DNA of 64,000 nt from Alphaproteobacteria bacterium. Its GTDB lineage: Bacteria > Pseudomonadota > Alphaproteobacteria > JANSWW01. A program made the translations under genes and the position numbers. This document shows, piece after piece, positions 36,687 through 46,904 of this stretch (its first letter is position 1; each line of letters begins with the position of its first letter). The notes under the pieces were generated by a model. The model was not told where the DNA came from. It made no database searches and was given only the letters and a program-made list of their open reading frames with translations. The stretch covers positions 414,300-478,299 of the forward strand of contig JANSWW010000001.1 of NCBI GenBank assembly GCA_024743275.1, given 5' to 3'.

Positions 36687-37409
36687 CTAGGCCGCAAGCC
36701 GGGTGAGCCGGTCGACCATCCGTTTGCGCGCGCCCGGCGTCTCCTCGTCCTTGAGATGGAAGACCGAGCGGTTGAGGAAATGTTCGGTGAGCGCCAGACC
36801 GTCGAGGATGGCCCGCGGGGTCACCTCGCCCGTCCCGGTCAGGAACCCCGGCAGGGTCAGCAGCCGGTCGCGATAGGGCTCGCCGGCGGACAGCGACACC
36901 GCCCTTCCGGTGCGCGGGCTGACATAGGCGAGCTGGTCGTTGCTGCCGGTCGCCGCACAGCACGAGAGATCGAGCCCGAAGCCGAGTTCGGCGAGCACGC
37001 CCATTTCCCAGCGGACATAGAGCGCCGGCCAGAAATCGTGATCCAGCGCATCGATGAAGGCCAGAAGCCCCTGATAGGCGCCGGGATGGGCCTCGCGTTC
37101 GGGCAGCGCCTTCTCTGCCACCGCGGCCGCCGCGGCGAGCGCCGCCAGCCGGTCCGGGTCGTCGTAATAGCGCGACGAGACCGTGGCGACCGGCTCCGCC
37201 TCATAGGCGCCGAGATGGTCGGCGATGCGGGCACGCCAGGTCAGCAGCAGCCGGTTGCCCGGCTCGAACATCGCCCGCTTCTTGACCGACTGGCCGCCGC
37301 GCACGAGCCCGGCATGGCGCCCCTGGCCGGCGGTCAGCGCCTGTAGGATGAGGCTCGTATCGCCATGGGGCCGGGCGGAGAGCACAATGCCTTCCTCGGT
37401 CCATTCCAT
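36687..37409 (-). CDS. recO: DNA repair protein RecO
   Basis: MEWTEEGIVL, GRHAGLVRGG, LAELGFGLDL..CAATG, YVSPRTGRAVS. Confidence 0.96.
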   Translation of the reverse strand: MEWTEEGIVLSARPHGDTSLILQALTAGQGRHAGLVRGGQSVKKRAMFEPGNRLLLTWRARIADHLGAYEAEPVATVSSRYYDDPDRLAALAAAAAVAEKALPEREAHPGAYQGLLAFIDALDHDFWPALYVRWEMGVLAELGFGLDLSCCAATGSNDQLAYVSPRTGRAVSLSAGEPYRDRLLTLPGFLTGTGEVTPRAILDGLALTEHFLNRSVFHLKDEETPGARKRMVDRLTRLAA

Positions 37410-37412
37410 CGC

Positions 37413-37826
37413 CTATGCCTCCCAGGGATTGACCAGATCCACGCCCAGGCCGGCAAAGCCGCCGTCGCGGGTGGCCAGGATGGCGCGTCGGGACCGGGCT
37501 GTCGCGGCGATTATCGCGTCCTGAAGACTGATCTGTCGCCCCTGGCCTCGCGCCGTCGCGCGGATATCCGCAAAGTCCCTAGCGGCCCTCATGTCGAAGG
37601 AAAGGATTCGGTTCTCGAATTCCGCGAACAGCGCTGTCGCCGCCTCAGAAAGAAGACTCCGCCGGCGACCTTCGGGCAACCGAAAAACGCCTTCCCAGAT
37701 CTCAGCCACAACGAAGCTCGGCAAAAAGAGTGCTTCTATCGATTGGATACGCAGCCACCGATCGACGGACGGGTCGTCATGCTCCTTCATCAATTCCGAT
37801 GCGACGTTGGTGTCGAGAACAATCAT
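37413..37826 (-). CDS. vapC: PIN-domain toxin (VapC/FitB-like)
   Basis: MIVLDTNVASE, AEI..G, DAIIAATA, LATRD. Confidence 0.92.
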   Translation of the reverse strand: MIVLDTNVASELMKEHDDPSVDRWLRIQSIEALFLPSFVVAEIWEGVFRLPEGRRRSLLSEAATALFAEFENRILSFDMRAARDFADIRATARGQGRQISLQDAIIAATARSRRAILATRDGGFAGLGVDLVNPWEA

Positions 37827-38113
37827 TCATCGAACCGATGGGCCGAGCGCTCCGGGAGCACAGGCCTCTGGAAATCGTCCCAATAGCCGGCCTCGGCGAA
37901 GGCGCCGCGCACGCGGTCGACCCAGTGCCCCTGGTCGTTCACGGACGATTTGGTCGGGTGTTCCGAACGTCCGGTTTCCGCCGGTTCGCCGGCCAACATA
38001 CGCTCAATGAGTATCCGCACCTCGGCCTCCATCGACCGGCCGTGCCGTTTGGCGCGCCGGCGCAACCGCTCTTTGACCTCGGGATCCAGGTTGCGAATCA
38101 GGATCGATGCCAT
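37823..38113 (-). CDS. Ribbon-helix-helix antitoxin (FitA-like)
   Basis: MASILIRNLDPEVKERLRRRAKRHGRSMEAEVR; GGAGG RBS; ATGA overlap with the toxin gene. Confidence 0.9.
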   Translation of the reverse strand: MASILIRNLDPEVKERLRRRAKRHGRSMEAEVRILIERMLAGEPAETGRSEHPTKSSVNDQGHWVDRVRGAFAEAGYWDDFQRPVLPERSAHRFDE

Positions 38114-38125
38114 GGCCACCTCCAA

Positions 38126-38157
38126 TTTGATATCAAAACGATATCATTTTGATATCG
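38126..38157. promoter_or_regulatory. Putative antitoxin operator: three GATATC palindromes at an 11-bp period
   Basis: GATATC at 38129, 38140 and 38151; the first lies within the perfect palindrome TTTGATATCAAA; immediately upstream of the antitoxin RBS. Confidence 0.7.
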
Positions 38158-38269
38158 GAGGAGTCCAACAGTTGTTGGAATATCTGCCTTCCGCGACAGC
38201 GCGGAGGCTTGGTCTCGACGGATACCGCCTGATATAAGGGGGCAAATCCAAATTCGAGGAGAGCCCGAG

Positions 38270-39517
38270 ATGAGCGTCGCCCAACCGACAGCCAACGACA
38301 CCAGCGCCCAGGCTGCCGCCCAATCAGCCAAATCCGAGGCGCGCCCCCGCTTCCAGTGGGACGATGCTCTGCTGCTCGACGACCAGCTGAACGAGGACGA
38401 GCGTATGGTGCGGGACGCCGCCCACGCCTATTGCCAGGAGAATCTCCAGACCCGGGTGCTGGAGGCCAACCGCCACGAGACCTTCCACAGGGAGATCATG
38501 AACGAGCTCGGTGAGCTCGGTTTCCTCGGCTCGACGATCGAGGGCTATGGCTGCGCCGGCGTAAACTATGTCTGTTACGGCCTCGTCGCCCGCGAGGTCG
38601 AGCGGGTCGACAGCGGCTACCGCTCGGCCATGAGCGTCCAGTCCTCCCTGGTCATGCACCCGATCCACGCCTATGGCACCGAGGAGCAGCGTCAGAAATA
38701 TCTGCCCAAGCTCGCCACCGGCGAATGGGTCGGCTGCTTCGGCCTGACGGAACCGGATCACGGTTCCGACCCGGCCGGCATGAAGACCCGCGCCAAAAAG
38801 GTCGACGGCGGCTATGTCGTCTCGGGTTCGAAGAACTGGATCACCAATTCCCCGATCGCCGACGTGTTCGTCGTCTGGGCCAAGACCGAGGACGACGTGA
38901 TCCGCGGGTTCATCCTGGAAAAGGGTATGAAGGGTCTCGATGCGCCGAAGATCGAGGGCAAGTTCTCCCTGCGTGCCTCCGTCACCGGCATGATCATGAT
39001 GGACGAGGTCTTCGTGCCGGAAGAAAACCTGCTGCCGAATGTCAGCGGTCTGAAAGGTCCGTTCGGCTGCCTCAACAAGGCCCGCTATGGCATCTCCTGG
39101 GGCGCCCTCGGCGCCGCCGAGTTCTGCTGGCAGCAGGCCCGCCAATATACCCTGGACCGCAAGCAGTTCGGCCGGCCGCTCGCCGCGACCCAGCTCATCC
39201 AGAAGAAGCTGGCCGACATGCAGACCGAGATCACCCTCGGGCTGCAGAGCGTGCTGCGCCTCGGCCGACTGATGGACGAGGGCCGGGCGGCGCCGGAGAT
39301 GATCTCCATGCTCAAGCGCAACAGCTGCGGCAAGGCGCTCGACATCGCCCGGACCGCCCGCGACATGCATGGCGGCAACGGTGTTTCCGACGAGTATCAC
39401 GTGATCCGTCACGTGATGAATCTGGAAGCGGTCAACACCTATGAGGGGACCCACGACGTCCACGCCCTGATCCTCGGCCGGGCCCAGACCGGGCTGCAGG
39501 CCTTCTCGGCCCAATAG
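38270..39517 (+). CDS. gcdH: Glutaryl-CoA dehydrogenase
   Basis: [61 protein letters not shown]. Confidence 0.93.
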   Translation: MSVAQPTANDTSAQAAAQSAKSEARPRFQWDDALLLDDQLNEDERMVRDAAHAYCQENLQTRVLEANRHETFHREIMNELGELGFLGSTIEGYGCAGVNYVCYGLVAREVERVDSGYRSAMSVQSSLVMHPIHAYGTEEQRQKYLPKLATGEWVGCFGLTEPDHGSDPAGMKTRAKKVDGGYVVSGSKNWITNSPIADVFVVWAKTEDDVIRGFILEKGMKGLDAPKIEGKFSLRASVTGMIMMDEVFVPEENLLPNVSGLKGPFGCLNKARYGISWGALGAAEFCWQQARQYTLDRKQFGRPLAATQLIQKKLADMQTEITLGLQSVLRLGRLMDEGRAAPEMISMLKRNSCGKALDIARTARDMHGGNGVSDEYHVIRHVMNLEAVNTYEGTHDVHALILGRAQTGLQAFSAQ

Positions 39518-39528
39518 GCCTAATCCGG

Positions 39529-40095
39529 ATGTCAGCCGGGATCCGATATCTGAGGGCCCAGGCCTACAACAACGCCTGGGCCAACCATCGACTGCTGACG
39601 TCCTGCGGGAAACTATCGACGGAAGAACTCTGCGCCGAAAGGGTGGGGTTCTTTCCGTCTATCATCCTGACCCTAAACCATATCTACCTGGTCGACTGGT
39701 TCTATATCAGCGCTCTCGAAGGCGACTGTGTCGGGCGCGGGATCTTCGAGACGCCGATCCGGTATGAGACGATCGCCGATCTCAAGGCGGCACAAACGGC
39801 CATGGACCGTCGTCTGATCCAGGTTTGCGAGGCCTTCCGGACCGAGAACGATCTGGAACGGATCGTCAAACAGATCCGTATCGGATGGGTACAGGAGGAG
39901 CCAGCGGACCGGACCCTGCTCCACCTGTTCCAGCATCAGATCCATCACCGCGGACAAGCCCACGCCATGTTGGCTGAAACCTCGGTCGCACCGCCGCAAT
40001 TGGACGAGTTCTTCCTCGGGCATGAGCGGGAGCAGGAAATCCGAAAAGAGGATTTCGCAGCCCTCGGCTTCGACGAAACCGAGACCTGGCGCTGA
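39529..40095 (+). CDS. DinB family protein
   Basis: YNNAWANHRL, FFPSI..TLNH, HLFQHQIHHRGQAH. Confidence 0.9.
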   Translation: MSAGIRYLRAQAYNNAWANHRLLTSCGKLSTEELCAERVGFFPSIILTLNHIYLVDWFYISALEGDCVGRGIFETPIRYETIADLKAAQTAMDRRLIQVCEAFRTENDLERIVKQIRIGWVQEEPADRTLLHLFQHQIHHRGQAHAMLAETSVAPPQLDEFFLGHEREQEIRKEDFAALGFDETETWR

Positions 40096-40115
40096 CGGCG
40101 CCAACACCGCCGGAC

Positions 40116-40547
40116 CTATTCCGACGCGTTGAGCCTCTCGCGGCAGGCGGCGGTCAGAGCCGCCTGCTCCGCGTCGCCGAGCAGTTCGCCATTGAGGCGG
40201 AACTCCCCCCGGCGGTTGACCGTGATCTTGCCCACGGTCAGCGAATCCCCCCGGAGCAATCCCGTTCCCTCCGGCAGGCCGAAACGTTCGGCGAGATCCA
40301 CGGTGATCGGAATCTCCAACACCTCCGGCAGTTCGAACTGGACCCCGCCGCCGAGATCCGCCGGCGCCACCGCCCGGCCGCGCACATCGACGCCCGGTTG
40401 ATAAGCGACATCGCCGGACGGTTGATAGCGGACCGCACGGGCGCACTCGTCCCGTTCAATTTTGAGGAGACTGAGCGTTTCGGCCGCCGCCGAAACCACC
40501 GGGAGAGCCATAAACCCCAGGATCGACAAGAAAATTACGTGGTGCAT
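40116..40547 (-). CDS. Hypothetical exported protein
   Basis: Signal-peptide-like N-terminus ending VSAAA; VAYQPGVDVRGRAVAPADL; two Cys; start uncertain. Confidence 0.7.
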   Translation of the reverse strand: MHHVIFLSILGFMALPVVSAAAETLSLLKIERDECARAVRYQPSGDVAYQPGVDVRGRAVAPADLGGGVQFELPEVLEIPITVDLAERFGLPEGTGLLRGDSLTVGKITVNRRGEFRLNGELLGDAEQAALTAACRERLNASE

Positions 40548-40614
40548 GGCCAAAATCCCGAAAAGCTTCAAAACCGCGACAAGCTATGCAGCATACATAC
40601 CAAACGGTCGTGAA

Positions 40615-40817
40615 ATAAGGGCTCGACAAGACCCACTTCTTTCGGGTAGGTCTCTTATCGCTGTCGCGACACCGCCGCAGAAAAGCCCAAGTTTGGGGAG
40701 GAAAAAACCCGCGAAACGCGTGCCCAAAAGAGGCCGCGACGCGTGGCGACAACAACAATAACGACGGCGGTTCGACAGCTGTGAAGAAGGTGGGCTTGTC
40801 CCGCCTTCTTCTTTTTT
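40615..40817 (+). ncRNA. Candidate structured small RNA (unassigned family)
   Basis: Nested stems plus a + strand intrinsic terminator in a gap between two minus-strand genes; 5' end not defined. Confidence 0.45.
40783..40817 (+). terminator. Intrinsic terminator oriented on the + strand
   Basis: GAAGAAGGTGGG-cttgt-CCCGCCTTCTTC-TTTTTT; the U-G pair and the T tract work only on the + strand. Confidence 0.8.
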
Positions 40818-40844
40818 GGCGGATCGCGTCACCTCCGAAACCGG

Positions 40845-41363
40845 CTAGTCCTCTCCAATCTCGGAGCGGAACGCCTTCAGATCCGCCGCCGTGCGGATAT
40901 GAACGATCCGGGCCGCCGGCGCGTTCTCCGCGATGGCTTCGGCAAGCCGCGGACGGAGGTGCCGGTGGACATACCACATCATCCGGTAGAGGCGGAAAGT
41001 GACACGCCACATGGTGCAGCCTTCCGGGGCGTCCAGGCGCCCGAGGAAAAGCGATTTGATCTGACGTTTGGTCGCCCACCAGAGATGGGTGGCGAGGGGC
41101 AGATCGACGAAAACCACCGTGTCCGACCGACGGAGCCTTTCCTCGATGGTCGCCCACGGCCCGAAGCCGTCGATGATCCATCCCTCGTCGGCCAGCCAGC
41201 GGTCATGGTGCCTGGCCACATCCTCGTCCGGGGCCTGGACCCAGCCTGGTCGCCACTGGACGAGATCGACAGCGTGATGGGGCAGACCGAGCGCCGGCGC
41301 GAGCTGCCGGCACAGGGTGGACTTCCCACCGCCGGCATTGCCGATCACAACGACACGGGTCAT
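40845..41363 (-). CDS. Adenylate-kinase-like P-loop protein (FlaR/topology modulation protein family)
   Basis: VVVIGNAGGGKSTL, D..QWRPGW, WIIDG, PEGC. Confidence 0.82.
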   Translation of the reverse strand: MTRVVVIGNAGGGKSTLCRQLAPALGLPHHAVDLVQWRPGWVQAPDEDVARHHDRWLADEGWIIDGFGPWATIEERLRRSDTVVFVDLPLATHLWWATKRQIKSLFLGRLDAPEGCTMWRVTFRLYRMMWYVHRHLRPRLAEAIAENAPAARIVHIRTAADLKAFRSEIGED

Positions 41364-41385
41364 GGCACCAATCACAGAGTCACGT

Positions 41386-41461
41386 CCCAGTCTATTTGCC
41401 CAGTCTACTTGCCCAGTCTACTTGCCCAGTCTACTTGCCCAGTCTACTTGCCCAGTCTATT
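41386..41461. repeat. Tandem repeat, 13-bp unit CCCAGTCTACTTG, about 6 copies
   Basis: Four perfect central copies (41399-41450) with imperfect first and last copies; the last overlaps the DUF1467 stop codon. Confidence 0.97.
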
Positions 41462-41708
41462 CCCAGGGGGTCGGGGCGTCGCGGAAGGAATAGATGTCTG
41501 ACGTCACCGCCCAGTAGATCCCGGCCCAGATCACCGTCGAGATCAGCGTGGTCCAGAGGAACTTCTTGCCCAGCATCGGCCGTTCGGGCGCGCTGGTGGC
41601 GTGTCCCTCCTCCGGGTTTTCCGGCGGCCGCACGCCGATGGGCAGCATGGTGAACAGCACCACCCACCAAACGATCACGAAAACCGCGATGCCCGATACC
41701 CAACCCAT
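41457..41708 (-). CDS. DUF1467 family small membrane protein
   Basis: IAVFVIVWWVVLFTMLPIGVR..GHATSAP; usual position after mce. Confidence 0.88.
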   Translation of the reverse strand: MGWVSGIAVFVIVWWVVLFTMLPIGVRPPENPEEGHATSAPERPMLGKKFLWTTLISTVIWAGIYWAVTSDIYSFRDAPTPWE

Positions 41709-41731
41709 GTCTCGATCCTTATCGCCAGACC

Positions 41732-42136
<405 letters not shown>

Positions 42137-42158
42137 CTTTCCTCGACCTCCTTCTCCG

Positions 42159-43832
42159 TTAGACCCGCGCCACCTGAATGTCGGTGAGCGGTTTCAAGCC
42201 GACCTCGATCTTGACCCAGCGGCGGACCATATGGCGCACCGCCTCTTCGACCGCGTTATCGTCGCGCCGCTTGCCGCGCGGCAGATCCTCCACGAAATCG
42301 GCGATATCGTCGATCAGTTCATCTTCCAGCGCAGCGTCGTCCTCGACATCGATGTCGAGCAGCCCGAAGGACGCCACAGACGGATCCGAAAGCAGCGCGC
42401 CGTCGGCGTCCATCACCAGGGTGACGGCGATGCAGCCATTGTGGAGCAAGCGCTGCCGGTCGCGCAGCATGGTGCCGCCCAGGGGCACGAGCTTGTTGCC
42501 GGCCACCGCCAGGCGACCGGCAAAGACCTCGTCGACAACCTCCGCCACCCCTGGCGCGAGCCGCACCAGATCGCCATTGGCGATGACCAGCGTCTCCTCG
42601 ACGCCGCAGCGTTTCGCCAGCCGGGCGTGCTCGGCCTGGTGACGGTATTCGCCATGGACCGGAATCGCGATCCGCGGCTTGATGAAGCCGTACATCTTCT
42701 CGAGATCGTCCCGCGCCGGGTGACCGGACACGTGGATGAACTCGTCCCGCGCCGTGACGATGTCGATCCCCTTCATGGCGAGCCTGTTCTGCAGCCGGCC
42801 GATGGCCTTTTCGTTGCCCGGAATCTGCCGGGCCGAGAAGATCACCGTGTCCCCGGACTGGAGGCTGACGCCGGGGTGGGTGTCGCCCGCGATCCGCGTC
42901 AGCGCGGCCCGGGGCTCGCCCTGGCTGCCGGTACAGATCAGCAGCACCCGCTCGCGCGGCAGATAGCCGATCTCCTCCTCGTCGAGCAGGGCCGGCATGT
43001 CTTTCAGATAGCCGGTCGCCTTGGCGACCTTGTACATCCGGTGCAGCGAGCGGCCGACCAGACAGACACTGCGCCCATTGGCCTCCGCGGCCAGCGCGAT
43101 GGTCTCCAGACGGGCGATATTGGAGGCGAAACAGCCGACCGCCACCCGGCCGCTCTTATAGGTTCCGATGAGCTGGGTCAGGCTTTCGCGCACATCCGCT
43201 TCGGAGCCCGCGGTGCCCGCCGAGAAGACATTGGTACTGTCGCCGATCATCGCCAGCACACCTTCCTCGCCGACTTTCGCGAGGGCGGCCTCGTCGGCGG
43301 TCGGGCCGGTCAGCGGGTCCGGATCGAATTTCCAGTCGCCGGTGTGCAGCACGGTCCCCGCCTTGGTGCGGATGATCAGGCTGTTGGGCTCCGGAATCGA
43401 ATGGGTCACAGAGACGAGCTGAATGTCGAACGGCCCGGCCTGGAAGCGGCCCGAGAGATCGATGACGTTTACCTCGACCTTCTTCTCGATTCCGGTCTCC
43501 TTCAGCTTCTCGTGCAGGAACCCGGCGGTGAAGGGGGTCGCGTAGACCGGGCAGCGGAACCGTTCCCAAAGATGGGGCACGGCGCCGAGATGGTCCTCAT
43601 GGGCATGGGTGATGACCAGGCCGACCAGATCCTTCTTCCGCTCCTCGATGAACGCCGGGTCGGCCATGAAGACGTCCACGGCCGGCATGCTATCGTCGCC
43701 GAAGCTGACCCCGAGGTCGACCATTAGCCATTTGCCGGCATGGCCATAAAGATTGAGATTCATGCCGATTTCGCCGGCCCCGCCGAGGGGGAGGTAAAAC
43801 AGCGACTTATCCGAACTGTCGAGATTGGCCAT
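42159..43832 (-). CDS. rnj: Ribonuclease J
   Basis: PLGGAGEIGMN, THAHEDHLGA, HTGDWKFD, TGSQGEP, HVSGH; start at MANLD. Confidence 0.95.
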   Translation of the reverse strand: MANLDSSDKSLFYLPLGGAGEIGMNLNLYGHAGKWLMVDLGVSFGDDSMPAVDVFMADPAFIEERKKDLVGLVITHAHEDHLGAVPHLWERFRCPVYATPFTAGFLHEKLKETGIEKKVEVNVIDLSGRFQAGPFDIQLVSVTHSIPEPNSLIIRTKAGTVLHTGDWKFDPDPLTGPTADEAALAKVGEEGVLAMIGDSTNVFSAGTAGSEADVRESLTQLIGTYKSGRVAVGCFASNIARLETIALAAEANGRSVCLVGRSLHRMYKVAKATGYLKDMPALLDEEEIGYLPRERVLLICTGSQGEPRAALTRIAGDTHPGVSLQSGDTVIFSARQIPGNEKAIGRLQNRLAMKGIDIVTARDEFIHVSGHPARDDLEKMYGFIKPRIAIPVHGEYRHQAEHARLAKRCGVEETLVIANGDLVRLAPGVAEVVDEVFAGRLAVAGNKLVPLGGTMLRDRQRLLHNGCIAVTLVMDADGALLSDPSVASFGLLDIDVEDDAALEDELIDDIADFVEDLPRGKRRDDNAVEEAVRHMVRRWVKIEVGLKPLTDIQVARV

Positions 43833-43867
43833 GAGGCGTTGGATTTCTTTCGGTGTTGCGGCGCGGG

Positions 43868-44644
43868 TTACGCTTGGTCGTTCAGTCGGGCGATGGACAC
43901 CAGCCCGCGCATGGTCAGGTCCATGTCGACCGCATCGAAGCAGTCGGTGGCACCGTCGAACAGCGGGGCAAGCCCGCCGGTGGCGATCACTTTCATCTCC
44001 GGCGCGCCATACTCCTTCTTGATCCGCGCGACCAGTCCTTCCATGAGCGAGACATATCCCCAATAGGTACCGGACTTGAGACATTCAATGGTGCTGCGAC
44101 CGATAACCCGCTCCGGCGGTTCGATGGCGACCCGGGGCAGGAGCGCCGCCGCCGCCCGAAGAGCGTCCACGGAGAGCCGCACGCCCGGTGCGATCGACCC
44201 GCCGCAATAGGCCCCATCCTCGTCCACGACGTCGAAGGTCGTCGCGGTGCCCAGGTCGACGACGATACACGGCCCGCCATAGACGATATGGGCGGCCAGC
44301 GCGTTGATCAGCCGGTCGGCCCCGACCTCCTCCGGCCGGTCAACCTTGGCGACGGCCCCGTGCTTCATTTCCGATCGGCCGAAGGTCATCGGCTCGATCT
44401 TGAAGAAGGTCCGGCACAGGGTTTCGAGATCCTGGGTCGTGTTCGGCACCACGGAGGCGATGATCGCCGCGGTCACGTCGGCCCGGGTGAAGTTCTCCAG
44501 GGCCAGAAGCTGCGAGATCCAAACAGCATACTCGTCCGCCGTCCGCTTGGGGTCCGTCGCGATCCGCCAATGACCGCGCTGCGTCTCGCCGTCATAGAGC
44601 GCGAATTTGATGTTGGTGTTGTTCGAGTTGATCGCGAGGAGCAT
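43868..44644 (-). CDS. coaX: Type III pantothenate kinase
   Basis: EVGADRLIN, VVDLGTATTFD, GGSIAPG, VIATGG. Confidence 0.93.
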   Translation of the reverse strand: MLLAINSNNTNIKFALYDGETQRGHWRIATDPKRTADEYAVWISQLLALENFTRADVTAAIIASVVPNTTQDLETLCRTFFKIEPMTFGRSEMKHGAVAKVDRPEEVGADRLINALAAHIVYGGPCIVVDLGTATTFDVVDEDGAYCGGSIAPGVRLSVDALRAAAALLPRVAIEPPERVIGRSTIECLKSGTYWGYVSLMEGLVARIKKEYGAPEMKVIATGGLAPLFDGATDCFDAVDMDLTMRGLVSIARLNDQA

Positions 44645-44659
44645 GGAAGTCCACCAGGT

Positions 44660-45412
44660 TCAGGCCGCCGTAGGGAATATCACGTCCCCGGCCAAAATAC
44701 GGCGTTTTTCGCCTTGCTGATCGAGCAACAACGCCCCGTCCGTATCCAGGCCCTCGAAGCGTCCCGTTTGCCGCCCTTCCCCCGCGGCCACATCGACGGT
44801 GGTGCCCAAACCAAACGCCATCGCGACCCATCGGGCACGCACCGGTTCGAAGCCGTATCGTTCCCAGCGGGAATACCATTCCCCGAAGGCGACGAGCACC
44901 TCGTCACAGATCCGGGCCGTCAGCGACGGATCGGCCTCCGGCGCCAGGGCCGCCGCCGGGGTCCGCACCCGGTCATCCGTCGGTGCGTGCAGCACATTGA
45001 CGCCGACCCCGATCACCAAACCGTCGTCGCCGGCGGTCTCCAACAGAATCCCGGAGATCTTGCGACCGTCGAGCAGCAGATCGTTGGGCCATTTGACCGC
45101 GATCCGGCCCGCCGTGTGCCGGTCCAGCACTTCGGCAAGGGCAACCGCGGTGAGGAAGGAGAGTTCGGCCCAGCGGGCCTTGGGGGCAACCGGGCGTTTC
45201 AAGAAGGAGAGATAAAGATTGCCCTCCGGCGATTCCCATGCCCGTCCCTCGCGCCCCTTGCCGCCGGTCTGGCGGACGGCACGCAGGGCCGCCCCGTCCG
45301 GCGCCCCCGCCTCGGCCCGGGCCTTGAGATCGGCATTGGTGCTCTCCGAAACGGGAAGGACGGTCAACGCCGCCCAGGCGACCGTGCGGCAGTCCTCCCT
45401 GCGCCATTCCAC
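44660..45412 (-). CDS. birA: Biotin-[acetyl-CoA carboxylase] ligase without an HTH domain
   Basis: STN, QTGGKGREGRAWESP.GNLY, KWPND, KISGILLE; start approximate. Confidence 0.92.
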   Translation of the reverse strand: MEWRREDCRTVAWAALTVLPVSESTNADLKARAEAGAPDGAALRAVRQTGGKGREGRAWESPEGNLYLSFLKRPVAPKARWAELSFLTAVALAEVLDRHTAGRIAVKWPNDLLLDGRKISGILLETAGDDGLVIGVGVNVLHAPTDDRVRTPAAALAPEADPSLTARICDEVLVAFGEWYSRWERYGFEPVRARWVAMAFGLGTTVDVAAGEGRQTGRFEGLDTDGALLLDQQGEKRRILAGDVIFPTAA

Positions 45413-45428
45413 CTGGCGGCTGTCGGAC

Positions 45429-46874
45429 CTATCCGCCAAACAATACGCTCGCCGCCTGGGCCGCCCCGTCGACGATCGGCGACGGCCAGATGAAGAAGAA
45501 CAGGGTGACGAAGGCGGTGACCGCCATGATCGCCTTGGTCTCGCGCGGCATGTCGTCGTCGATCGGTTCGACCGGCGCATCGAAATACATCACCTTGATG
45601 ATGCGCAAATAATAGAAGGCCCCGATCACGCTGGCGATCACGCCGAGAATGGCCAAGGTGACCAGCCCCGCCTCGATCGCCGCCGAGAAGACATAGAGCT
45701 TGGAGAAGAAGCCGGCGAGCGGCGGAATGCCGGCCATGGAGAACATGAAGATGGTGAGCGCCAGCGCCATGCCCGGGCTGGTCTTGGACAGTCCCGCCAG
45801 ATCGTTGATGCCCTCGACCATCCGTCCTTGCTGACGCATCGACAGGATGATGGCGAAGGTGCCGACATTCATGAAAAGATAGATGGCCATATAGATCATG
45901 ACGCCGCGAATGCCGGTTTCCGTCCCGGCCGCGAGCCCGACCAGGGCGAAGCCCATATGACCGATTGAGCTATAGGCCATCAGGCGTTTGATGTTGGTTT
46001 GCGCGATGGCGGCGATCGACCCCAGCGCCATGGAAAGGATCGAGATCAGGATCACCACCTGCTGCCAGGCCTCGATGGCCTCCCCGAAGGGCGAGATCAT
46101 GACCCGGGAGAACAGCGCGATGGCGGCGATCTTCGGGGCGACGGCGAAGAGCGCCGTCACCGGGGTCGGCGCGCCCTCGTAGACGTCCGGCGTCCACATG
46201 TGGAACGGCGCGGCGGAAACCTTGAAGGCGAGGCCGGCCATCAGGAAGACGATCCCGATGACGAGGCCGGTGCTCACCCCACCCGCCGCGACGGCGGCGG
46301 CGATGGCGTCGAAATTGGTCGAGCCGGTGAAGCCGTAGATCATCGAGCAGCCATAGAGCAGCATACCCGAGGAGAGCGCGCCCAGAACGAAGTATTTGAG
46401 GCCCGCCTCGGTCGACCGCAGGCTGTCCCGGCGGATCGAAGCGACGACATAGAGCGGCAGGCTCTGCAGTTCGAGCGCGATATAGAGCGACATCAGGTCG
46501 TTGGCCGACACCATCATCATCATGCCGAGCGAGGCGTAGAGGATGAGGATCGGGAATTCGAAGCGGATGATCTGCTCCCGCTCCATGAAGTCGACCGACA
46601 TCACCACGGCCAGCGCCGCCCCCAACAAAATGAAGAGCTTGGCGTAATGGGCGAAAGCGTCCGAGATGAACAGCCCGTTCATCGCGATCTCCGGCTCGCC
46701 GGTGCTGCCGAAGACATAAAGCATGGCCGCCGCGGTGATCAGCGCGAACACCGTGAGCCATGACACCTGGCGCATCGACTTGTCGCCGATGAAAACCCCG
46801 TAGATCAGCAACCCCATGCCGACCACGGCGAGGAAGATCTCCGGCAGGACCGTCTGGATATCCGAGATGAGCAT
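45429..46874 (-). CDS. nuoN: NADH-quinone oxidoreductase subunit N
   Basis: [28 protein letters not shown]; operon position. Confidence 0.97.
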   Translation of the reverse strand: MLISDIQTVLPEIFLAVVGMGLLIYGVFIGDKSMRQVSWLTVFALITAAAMLYVFGSTGEPEIAMNGLFISDAFAHYAKLFILLGAALAVVMSVDFMEREQIIRFEFPILILYASLGMMMMVSANDLMSLYIALELQSLPLYVVASIRRDSLRSTEAGLKYFVLGALSSGMLLYGCSMIYGFTGSTNFDAIAAAVAAGGVSTGLVIGIVFLMAGLAFKVSAAPFHMWTPDVYEGAPTPVTALFAVAPKIAAIALFSRVMISPFGEAIEAWQQVVILISILSMALGSIAAIAQTNIKRLMAYSSIGHMGFALVGLAAGTETGIRGVMIYMAIYLFMNVGTFAIILSMRQQGRMVEGINDLAGLSKTSPGMALALTIFMFSMAGIPPLAGFFSKLYVFSAAIEAGLVTLAILGVIASVIGAFYYLRIIKVMYFDAPVEPIDDDMPRETKAIMAVTAFVTLFFFIWPSPIVDGAAQAASVLFGG

Positions 46875-46904
46875 CGTTCAGTCTCTCCTAAGCCCGTCCG
46901 GCCG

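Noticed and set aside
40462..40761. 99-aa + strand ORF as the source of the 40783 terminator
   Set aside because: Overlaps the minus-strand exported-protein gene, has low-complexity composition, and the only SD-like sequence is too far from any start codon
41386..41461. 13-bp array (and the 11-bp array at 59955) as CRISPR
   Set aside because: Head-to-tail units with no spacers, too short for CRISPR repeats, and no cas genes in the window
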